Shown piece by piece: positions 38,646 to 46,860 of a DNA stretch of 64,000 bases. The number at the start of each line of letters is the position of its first letter. Position 1 is the first letter of the stretch. A program made the position numbers and the translations under genes. Source of the stretch: an uncultured bacterium (GTDB lineage: Bacteria > Krumholzibacteriota > Krumholzibacteriia > Krumholzibacteriales > Krumholzibacteriaceae); assembly GCA_963846325.1 (NCBI GenBank), contig CAWJVO010000009.1, positions 47,205 through 111,204 on the forward strand, written 5' to 3'. The notes under the pieces were generated by a model, which did not search any database, was not told the origin of the DNA, and saw nothing but the letters and a program-made list of their open reading frames with translations.

Positions 38646-40898
38646 TCAATCGGGTATAGTCGCGTCCTTTTTCAAGGCGGTGAGCTCGGTGACGATTTTC
38701 GCCGCCCAGCCGTAAACGTTATTCTCCACGATGATCTTTTTCATATTCTCCATGCGCCGCTGCTTCTCCGCCGCCGGCATCTCGATCGCGAACTTGATGG
38801 CATCGGCGAACTCCTCGATCGAGTACGGATTGATGAGCACCGCGTCGGCGAGCTCGCGCGACGCCCCGGTGAACCGGCTCAGGATGAGCATGCCATCGGC
38901 GCCCACCCCCTTGGCTGCCACATACTCCTTGGCGACGAGATTCATTCCGTCATGCAGCGAGCTGACGATGCAGATATCGCCGACTTCATAATATGCCCTC
39001 ACCTCTTCAGGAGGGACGTTCCTGTTGAGATAAATGATAGGCTGCCATGTATCGTCCGAGTGCTTCCTGTTCTTCTTTCGGATGAGATCATCGACTTCCA
39101 TCGCGAAATCGCTATAGCGCTTGATATGGGTCCGGCTCGGCGCTCCGATCTGAATAAAAACGAACCGTTTGCGATACTCGGGGTATTTTTCGAGAAAACG
39201 GTCGATCGCGAGGATGCGTTCGATGATGCCCTTGGTGTAGTCGACACGGTCGACGCCGATCGCCACGATCTTTCCTTCGAGCCCAAGCTCATCTCTGATA
39301 CGTTCCGCCTGACCCGCTTCAGGAGCGGGAGTCTTGTCGCCGAAATAACCGTCGATACTGATGGGGAAGGCACGAATGAACGTCTCCTTCTCTTCGCGCA
39401 CGATGCTGAACTTCTCCATATCGACTCGGGATTCCATGAGTCTGTTCGCGGTTTCGAGGAAATTGTTGCAGTGAAACTGGACGTGAAAACCGATGAGGTC
39501 GCATCCGAGCATGCCTTCGAGAATCTCGTGCTGGTACGGGCAGATCGCGAACGACTCCGGATTCGGCCAGGGAATGTGCCAGAACAGGGCAACGGTCGCA
39601 TCGGGACGTTGTTCCTTGATCATCCGGGGCAGGAGCGTGAAATGGTAATCGTGGATGAAAATGAGAGGATTTCGCGCGGGCAGCTCCTCGAGTATGCTCT
39701 CGGCGAATATGCGGTTCACCTTTTTGTACATCCGCCAGTCGTTCTCCCGGAAGATCGGACGCGTATGTGTAATGTGGCAAAGCGGCCAAAGCCCCTCGTT
39801 CGAGAAACCGTAGTAGTATCCGTCTTCCTCGTCTTTCGTGAGCCAGACGCGCTTCAGAATATAGCGGTCGTCGCCGGGCGGCACGCCGAGCTTGTTTCTT
39901 GAATTCACGAATCTCCTGTCGGCGTTGCCGCTTCCGTGCGAGACCCACGTTCCCCCGCACGCGCGCATGATCGGATCGATCGCGGTCACGACACCGCTCG
40001 CGGGGCGCACGCACTTCACCTCGCCGCTCGCCTTGTCGATGACGTGCATATACGGCTCCCGGTTCGAGACCACAATGAGGGGATTCTCGCGGAGCTTCGC
40101 GTTGACGAGGTCCCTGAGCTTCGCCTCCGTCCATCTATCATCCTTCTGCAGGCGGGAATCCGCTTCATCCGATACCACCCGCCTCGCAACGCGAAGGCTG
40201 AGGGCCACCTGCTCGACCTCGCTGACGAGCTTGCCGAACTCTCCGTGTGCTCTGAAAGGACTCAGCTTGTCGGCCTCGCCCCTCTGGAAGCGGCTGAACC
40301 ACGAGGTGAGGCGACGAATGGGGAGTATGTATGTCTGGCGTTCAACGATAAACGATACCAGCACGATGAGACATACCAAGCCTATGAGAGTGAAACTGAT
40401 CCAGCGCCACAGCTCGGCCAGCGTGCTGTAGAGGTACGATGTGTCATACACGATTTCGACGAGGCCGAGCGGATTGTCGTTCTCGTCGAACACGGGCTGG
40501 ACGTACCGGTACACCCGGTATTCCCCGAATCGCTCGAGATCGCCCCGGGCGGTCCTCGTTTCGATCACGAGCTTTAAATACGTCCTATTCGGCTCTTTCC
40601 ACTCCGCGATGCGCTCGGTAACGGCGACCACCTTGATTTCCCGATCATACAGAATGCACCCCTGCATTCTCTCGCGGAGCTGAAAGCTGTCCACGAGTCG
40701 TTTGGCCTCGATCATGTCGCCATTCTTGAGAATATCGCGAGCTGAAAACGCGGTGCTCTCGGCCACCGTTCTCGCTTTGCGCATGAGATCGTCCAGGAGC
40801 TTCTCCCGCACCGAACGCACCTGGACAATCCCCAGAACCGCCAGCCCGGCGGCGATGATGACAAGAATCGGAAGAATGAACAGCAATACCCGTTTCAT
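38646..40898 (-). CDS. otsA: Trehalose-6-phosphate synthase (GT20) fused to an N-terminal TM-sensor-TM-HAMP-like module
   Basis: The GT20 core begins around aa 272 (LIVVSNREPY, GFSNEGLWPLCH, IHDYHFTLLP, FWHIPWP). The first ~270 aa comprise TM1, a ~140-aa extracytoplasmic segment, TM2 and an amphipathic linker. Confidence 0.9.
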   Translation of the reverse strand: MKRVLLFILPILVIIAAGLAVLGIVQVRSVREKLLDDLMRKARTVAESTAFSARDILKNGDMIEAKRLVDSFQLRERMQGCILYDREIKVVAVTERIAEWKEPNRTYLKLVIETRTARGDLERFGEYRVYRYVQPVFDENDNPLGLVEIVYDTSYLYSTLAELWRWISFTLIGLVCLIVLVSFIVERQTYILPIRRLTSWFSRFQRGEADKLSPFRAHGEFGKLVSEVEQVALSLRVARRVVSDEADSRLQKDDRWTEAKLRDLVNAKLRENPLIVVSNREPYMHVIDKASGEVKCVRPASGVVTAIDPIMRACGGTWVSHGSGNADRRFVNSRNKLGVPPGDDRYILKRVWLTKDEEDGYYYGFSNEGLWPLCHITHTRPIFRENDWRMYKKVNRIFAESILEELPARNPLIFIHDYHFTLLPRMIKEQRPDATVALFWHIPWPNPESFAICPYQHEILEGMLGCDLIGFHVQFHCNNFLETANRLMESRVDMEKFSIVREEKETFIRAFPISIDGYFGDKTPAPEAGQAERIRDELGLEGKIVAIGVDRVDYTKGIIERILAIDRFLEKYPEYRKRFVFIQIGAPSRTHIKRYSDFAMEVDDLIRKKNRKHSDDTWQPIIYLNRNVPPEEVRAYYEVGDICIVSSLHDGMNLVAKEYVAAKGVGADGMLILSRFTGASRELADAVLINPYSIEEFADAIKFAIEMPAAEKQRRMENMKKIIVENNVYGWAAKIVTELTALKKDATIPD

Positions 40899-40970
40899 CT
40901 TCGTAGCTCCCTCAGGGAGAATACCATATCCCGAGACGGCGAATCGATGTTCTTTCGGCTTAACGAAGCA

Positions 40971-41339
40971 TCAGAACGCAAACGGTTTTATATGAGCGAG
41001 CCCCCATAGAAGGCCGGAAATCAGAAGCAATTTTACGACGTATATCCGCCAGTGCTTCAGAGTGGCCGGCTCGCTGTTCGACGTGAGCCCATGTACGCGC
41101 GTGATGTCGAGATAACGGACCAGGATGAGCCCCCCTACAATCGCCCAGTATACGATATCGAAAACGGAAAAAGCCGGTTTCTTGAGAATGAGAATTGCAA
41201 GCATGAACAGCGCAAGGTTGCCGAACAAAAGCCAAAACATGCGTGCGACGAGCCCGATACAACCTATCGGCGCGGGCTCCGCAACATTGCGCTTGGATTC
41301 CAGCTGACTGGACATGACCGCCTCCCAAACGACGCCCAT
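40971..41339 (-). CDS. Small hypothetical membrane protein
   Basis: The 122-aa protein has four hydrophobic segments. There is no other support for it. Confidence 0.4.
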   Translation of the reverse strand: MGVVWEAVMSSQLESKRNVAEPAPIGCIGLVARMFWLLFGNLALFMLAILILKKPAFSVFDIVYWAIVGGLILVRYLDITRVHGLTSNSEPATLKHWRIYVVKLLLISGLLWGLAHIKPFAF

Positions 41340-41565
41340 TACCGGGCGCGGCCATGAAATACAATAACGTAATGCATCTCATAGCCTTGTTTGGATGGCG
41401 GCCCGACCACCCGATCGTCCTGCGGCGGCCCGAATTCGATCCGCCGCACCCTTCTGAGTCGGGGCATAAAACACCTATCGAATGAACTATAGCATGAATA
41501 CCTTTGTGCTCAAACCTATTTCTCCTGGTGGAGCCGCACACTATCCCGGCAGGATAATAAAAATC

Positions 41566-41643
<78 letters not shown>

Positions 41644-41706
41644 GCCTAATGGCTTGATGGAATCTATCAATTGAGCGCTCATGCGTCAACCGGAAAAGGC
41701 GCCGCA

Positions 41707-44535
41707 TCAGTCCTTCGACGGGCCCGAAGAGCCGTCGTCGCTCTCGGATCCGAAGAGGGAGATCTGATTCGTTGAGCCTTTCGGCTTGCCGGAACGCGCC
41801 GGACGCTGCGGATGGGCGTACGGCGGCGCCGCCGGGGCGCTCGTTCCGTGGTAGAACGAATCGCACGCGTACCTGAGGCTTTCCCGCGAGATGCCGCCAT
41901 CGTCGAACACGCCCGCGCCGACGAGAGCCAGCGCCGCGTCCATCGAGAGGCGATCCTTCATCCGCGCGAGAAACTCCTCGAACGAGGCGAAATCCCCCCG
42001 GAAGATGCGCTCCTCGACGATGGCGTCCCATTCGGCCTTTTCGAGCGCTATGACCGCCATGAGGGGCGCCCTGATGACGCCGTCCTCGAAGGAGAACGCG
42101 ACGGCGTCGGCGTTTATCCCGTAGGGAAGCACGGGGACCCTCTTCTCCTTCAGGTACTCGAGATACTTGGCTTCGCGGTCCTTCACGCCGAGATTCGCGT
42201 TGAGGAGCGCGGTGAAATATCTCTCGAAGCAGTGCGCCTTGAGATACGCCGTCCGGTAGCTCATCGACGCCTGGGCGCAGCTGAGCGACTTGCTGTGCGT
42301 GAACGCGACGTTATGCAGGAGAAAATCGAATATCCGCTGGCCGTCCTCCTCGTTGAGCCCCATCTCCATGGTCCCGCGAACGAACGCGAGCCGCGCCGAT
42401 ACGAGCTCGCCGGACTCCTTCCTCCACAAGGCCCCCTCGACCATGACCGCGTCCTTCCCGCGCAGGCCCGCCGCCTCCTCGAGCACCTCCCGAATCTGCT
42501 CGCGGTACAGGAGCACACCCCTCGTCGCCGCGAGGATCGGCGCGAGAGAATGGTGCGGCAGGTACACCTTGCCCTTCTTCCCGGCGTTCTCGAGATACCG
42601 TTCCCAGAGCTTCCCCTCCATGGGGCCCGGGCGATAGAGCGAGATGACGTTCACGAGCTCCCCGAACGAATCCGGTTTGATCCTCATCAGATGATCGCGG
42701 ATTCCCTGGCTTTCGAGCAGATACACGCCGGTGGTTTCCCCCGACGCGATGAGAGCGAACGTCCGCTGATCGTCGAGCGATTCGGGTGTCCAGTTCTTTC
42801 TTCCCGATCCCGCGAACAGTCCCGGCAGCGCGCACGCTCCCTCATCCCCCCGGATCGATTCTATCGTCTTTTCGACCGCCGCCAGGAAATGGGAGTGCTG
42901 AACGCCGAGGATCCATCCCCCCGCAGCTTCCACCGAGGCGCCGCCCAGCTGAGCGAAGCGCTCGCCCGCCGCATTCGAGGCAACGGAGTAGAATCCATCG
43001 ATCTCCCGCGGCAGAATGACGAATCTCGACGTATCCAGCGTGAAATGGAGAATCTTTCCCTGGAGCGGATACGAGGCGTGCAGGACGCTCTTCACGAGCG
43101 GCTCGGCGTTGTACAGGCGCTGCGCGGCCTCCGAGCTCTCGAGCAGGGAAGCGAGATTCCGGTGGCGGCGCTCGAAGGAGAGAATGCGCGAGAGCTCCTC
43201 CCGAAGCTGCGGCGGAGCGCCGAGAACCTCGGCGATCTCCTTCGCGATCGTGACGATCGACATCTCCTCATGAGCGACCCGGAAGCACGGCGCGAAACCG
43301 GGGATAAGCCCGGCGATGACGACCGCGAGCCCATCCTTCTGCTGCTCGGAAACGATGAGCTCGACGGGAGGAATCGCGCCGCGGCTCGAAGAAGAGAAGG
43401 ATTCGAACACGAGATCGTGGTCGACCGGATTCAGCGGATCGATCTCGAGGAGATAGGCGACGACGCTCGAAAGCAGGTCGCTTCCCATGAGCTCTATCCA
43501 TATCCCCCGTGCGAAAGCGGTCGAAAAGAGCTCCCTCAGAAAGATCAGGAAGTCGCCGAGCCCCTCCTCGCGGGCGACCGCGAGCTCCCGCTCCATGGCG
43601 CGGAACAGGTAGGCCCGCTCGTCGGCGGGGCGGTTGTGGAACGCGAGCAGGAAACGCCGGCGGCACATGTCGACGAGCGCCTCCTGCGCGTTCGCGGCGC
43701 CGGCGAACGAGATACGCCCGGATCGCGCGAGATCGACCGTGCAGCGCTCGGCGATCTCTCCCGACCGGTCGAGGGCGGCCCGCTCGTCGCCGAAAAGGGG
43801 AACGAGATCCCGCTCGCGCTTGATATAGTATTCCTGATAAGGCTCCTCCGCCTCGCCCTCGGCTTTCTTCTTCGAGATCCGCCGCGCGAGCCGGTACGCC
43901 TCCGCGTCCTCTTTCTGCGGATACCGGTCGTTGTTGGTTATGACGAGCGGCACGTTCGCTTTTATCGAGAGAACGCGGAGCTGCTCGGCGACGAGCTCCT
44001 CTTCCGGCCGCAGGTGGTTCATGATCTCGACGAATACGTTCGGCGCGCCGAATATCTGCGCGAGCCTCAGGACGACGTCGCGCGCGCGGCCGAGGTTGCC
44101 GTGGAGAATCGCCTGGCTCGCCTCTCCCTTGAGACAGCCGGTCAGAGCGATGAGCCCCGCCCGGCGGCTCTCGAGCTCCGCGGGAGAAACCGGCGTCTCT
44201 TTCCCCCGCGTCGTGTGCTGAGACACGAGGGCGCAGAGATTGCGGTAGCCTTCATCGTTTTCGGCGAGGAGGGTCAGGTGGAAGAGCCCGTTCGAGCCCG
44301 CGAGGGGCCCATGCTGGATCTCGGCGCCGAACACCGGCTTGATCCCCGCCCTGCGCGCGGCTTCGAAGAACTCGAAGTGCCCGTAGGTCGAGCGGTGATC
44401 GGTGAGCGCCGCGGCCCGGAATCCGAGAAACGAGGCCCTCGAGACGAGATCCCTGATTCCGATGATCCCCTCGGGGCCGCTGTAGACGCTGTGGACATGA
44501 AGAGGGACGTACGGCATGCTGCATCGCTCCGGCAA
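41707..44535 (-). CDS. DnaE-like (Pol III alpha family) protein, truncated and apparently lacking the catalytic acidic triad
   Basis: The PHP motifs are present (HVHSVYS, LTDH). Fingers-region motifs are conserved (LLESQGIRD...LYRPGP, LYREQ, THSKS...YLKAH). The protein ends just after QISLFG. See the corresponding finding. Confidence 0.85.
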   Translation of the reverse strand: MPERCSMPYVPLHVHSVYSGPEGIIGIRDLVSRASFLGFRAAALTDHRSTYGHFEFFEAARRAGIKPVFGAEIQHGPLAGSNGLFHLTLLAENDEGYRNLCALVSQHTTRGKETPVSPAELESRRAGLIALTGCLKGEASQAILHGNLGRARDVVLRLAQIFGAPNVFVEIMNHLRPEEELVAEQLRVLSIKANVPLVITNNDRYPQKEDAEAYRLARRISKKKAEGEAEEPYQEYYIKRERDLVPLFGDERAALDRSGEIAERCTVDLARSGRISFAGAANAQEALVDMCRRRFLLAFHNRPADERAYLFRAMERELAVAREEGLGDFLIFLRELFSTAFARGIWIELMGSDLLSSVVAYLLEIDPLNPVDHDLVFESFSSSSRGAIPPVELIVSEQQKDGLAVVIAGLIPGFAPCFRVAHEEMSIVTIAKEIAEVLGAPPQLREELSRILSFERRHRNLASLLESSEAAQRLYNAEPLVKSVLHASYPLQGKILHFTLDTSRFVILPREIDGFYSVASNAAGERFAQLGGASVEAAGGWILGVQHSHFLAAVEKTIESIRGDEGACALPGLFAGSGRKNWTPESLDDQRTFALIASGETTGVYLLESQGIRDHLMRIKPDSFGELVNVISLYRPGPMEGKLWERYLENAGKKGKVYLPHHSLAPILAATRGVLLYREQIREVLEEAAGLRGKDAVMVEGALWRKESGELVSARLAFVRGTMEMGLNEEDGQRIFDFLLHNVAFTHSKSLSCAQASMSYRTAYLKAHCFERYFTALLNANLGVKDREAKYLEYLKEKRVPVLPYGINADAVAFSFEDGVIRAPLMAVIALEKAEWDAIVEERIFRGDFASFEEFLARMKDRLSMDAALALVGAGVFDDGGISRESLRYACDSFYHGTSAPAAPPYAHPQRPARSGKPKGSTNQISLFGSESDDGSSGPSKD

Positions 44536-44631
44536 ACGCCTCGAATCACAGTACTAGACGTTTGTGCGCCCCACAAGGCAATATTGTTTGAAACTTGAAA
44601 TCCAATTGCGTACAATGGCCCCGGATTCTCT

Positions 44632-45978
44632 ATGGCCTCCCGGAACGGAACCTCGCGCGGGGGAAAAACGATGGCTGATCGGGAGAACAGCTCGGAAATC
44701 GACCGGCTCGCGAAGGAGAACACGCGCCTCCGCTCAGCCGTCGACGAGCTCTCCATCCTCAACGACATCGCGACCGCGGTGAGCTCGGCTTTCTCCCTCG
44801 AGCGCACGATCGAGCTTATCGTCCATAAATGCATCAAGCATCTCAAGGTCGAACAGGCGACGATCACCCTCCTCGACGCGAAGCGCATGGGAACCCCGTT
44901 CCGCACGATCGTCCGCGGCGCCGACACGTCGAGCGAGATCCTCCCCTACCGTCTCGACGCCGAGCTCACCGGCTGGATGCTCAAGCATCAGAAGCCGCTC
45001 GTCGCCAACGATCTGAAGACCGACGACCGTTTCCAGGCGACGGACCGGGAATCGTGCGCCGTCCGCTCCGTCCTCAGCGTCCCCCTCGTGCTCAAGGGAC
45101 GGATGATCGGGCTTCTCAATCTATTCAACAAACGCGCCGGCGACGACTTCACCGACGCCGACGCGCGCCTCCTCGGAATCATCGCGACGCAGTCCGCGCA
45201 GGTCATCGAGCACGCGCGCCTTTTCGCGGAAGAGCAGGCGCTCAAACTCATGCAGGAGGAAATGACCCTCGCGTACAAGATCCAGATGGATCTCCTGCCG
45301 AAGGAGGCTCCGGCGTTCGCGGGATACGACATCGCGGGCGTGAGCATTCCGGCCAAGACGGTGGGCGGAGATTATTTCGATTTCATCGACGTGAGCGATC
45401 ATGAGCTCGCGCTCTGTCTCGGGGACGTGTCGGGCAAGGGAATGCCGGCCGCTCTCCTCATGGCGAATCTCCAGGCGACGCTCCGCGGCCAGGTGCTCGT
45501 CAACCCGTCGCCCGCCGAGTGTCTCAAGCGCTCAAACGCGCTTCTCTTCCGGAGCACCGACGCGGACAAGTTCGCCACGCTCTTCTACGGCGTTCTCGAT
45601 CGGGGCACGCACCGCTTCGCGTACGCGAACGCAGGGCACAACTATCCCCTCCTGCTCAAACCCGCGGGCGAGCCGGCGCGCCTCGATCTGGGCGGCCTCG
45701 TTCTCGGCTGCCTCGAGGAATTCTCTTACTCCGAAGGCGTCGTCGAGCTGGCCCCGGGCGACACGCTCCTCGTCTATTCGGACGGCATCACCGAATCTCT
45801 CGACGCGAACGACGAGGAGTTCGGCGAGGCGAGACTCGCTTCGCTCCTCCGGGCTGGAGGCGCCGATCCTGCCGCGCGGCTCATCGATCGGATCGTGACC
45901 GCCGTGCGGGCGCACGCCGGCGAGCTATCGCAAATGGACGACATGACGCTTCTCGTCATAAGGAGAACCGGATCGTGA
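44632..45978 (+). CDS. GAF-domain PP2C (SpoIIE/RsbU-type) phosphatase
   Basis: It has a coiled-coil, a GAF domain, then GGDYFDF...GDVSGKGMPAALLM...YSDGITE...DDMTLLV. An alternative start is the ATG at 44671. Confidence 0.85.
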   Translation: MASRNGTSRGGKTMADRENSSEIDRLAKENTRLRSAVDELSILNDIATAVSSAFSLERTIELIVHKCIKHLKVEQATITLLDAKRMGTPFRTIVRGADTSSEILPYRLDAELTGWMLKHQKPLVANDLKTDDRFQATDRESCAVRSVLSVPLVLKGRMIGLLNLFNKRAGDDFTDADARLLGIIATQSAQVIEHARLFAEEQALKLMQEEMTLAYKIQMDLLPKEAPAFAGYDIAGVSIPAKTVGGDYFDFIDVSDHELALCLGDVSGKGMPAALLMANLQATLRGQVLVNPSPAECLKRSNALLFRSTDADKFATLFYGVLDRGTHRFAYANAGHNYPLLLKPAGEPARLDLGGLVLGCLEEFSYSEGVVELAPGDTLLVYSDGITESLDANDEEFGEARLASLLRAGGADPAARLIDRIVTAVRAHAGELSQMDDMTLLVIRRTGS

Positions 45979-46011
45979 AACCCCGGAGCGCTCGCACCTG
46001 AAAGGCCGCCG

Positions 46012-46809
46012 ATGATCTCGAAATGGAAACCGAAGCTTTATTGCATTCTCGAAACGCAGGGGGGCGGAACGGCGGGGAGAATCATCGACATCTTCCTCGT
46101 CGCCCTCATCGTAAGCAACGTCGTCATGGTGACGCTGCACACAGTGCTCGCCCTCGCTTTCAGGTACGCGTCGTTCTTCTGGTATTTCGAGCTCTTCTCC
46201 GTCATCGTCTTCTCCATTGAGTATCTCGTTCGCATATGGATATGCACCGAGAACCCTTCATACAGGCGCCCAGTCTTCGGACGGATAAAGTATTTCTTCT
46301 CGCCGCTCGCGATCATCGATCTCATCGCGATCGCGCCTTTCATCCTTCCGATGCTGCTCCCGGTCGATCTCATATTCATGCGAATGCTCCGCGTGCTCAG
46401 GCTGCTGCGCCTTCTCAAGCTCGGCAGGTACTCGGAATCGATCAAAACGATGGCCGCTCTCCTGAAATCGAAGAAGGAGGAGGTCGCGGTCTCCCTCACC
46501 ATGTCGATCATCCTTCTCCTCGTCGCGTCGAGCCTCATGTATTTCATCGAGAACGCCGCGCAGCCGGACGCGTTCTCCAGCATCCCCGCGGCGATGTGGT
46601 GGGGCGCCATGACGATGACCACCGTCGGTTACGGCGATATCTTGCCCGTCACGCCGGCGGGAAAGGTGCTCGCAGGAGTGATCGCCCTTCTCGGCATCAG
46701 CCTTTTCATTCTCCCCGCAAGCATCATCGCGGCCGCCTACGCCACGGAGATCCAGCGGAGAAAGACGGAGCAGGGCGTGTGTCCGAAATGCGGAACGAGG
46801 ATTTCGTGA
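46012..46809 (+). CDS. Six-TM voltage-sensor-type K+ channel
   Basis: The S4-like helix is RMLRVLRLLRLLKLGR and the selectivity filter is TTVGYGD. Confidence 0.85.
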   Translation: MISKWKPKLYCILETQGGGTAGRIIDIFLVALIVSNVVMVTLHTVLALAFRYASFFWYFELFSVIVFSIEYLVRIWICTENPSYRRPVFGRIKYFFSPLAIIDLIAIAPFILPMLLPVDLIFMRMLRVLRLLRLLKLGRYSESIKTMAALLKSKKEEVAVSLTMSIILLLVASSLMYFIENAAQPDAFSSIPAAMWWGAMTMTTVGYGDILPVTPAGKVLAGVIALLGISLFILPASIIAAAYATEIQRRKTEQGVCPKCGTRIS

Positions 46810-46860
46810 TTCCTTTCCCGGATTTCGCCCGGGGTACATGTTCTCGAGAGGAGGCACCCG

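Noticed and set aside
41812-44598. A 928-aa plus-strand ORF opposite the DnaE-like gene
   Set aside because: It is antisense to a frame with clear PHP and Pol III alpha blocks, and its composition is low-complexity R/E/L/P.
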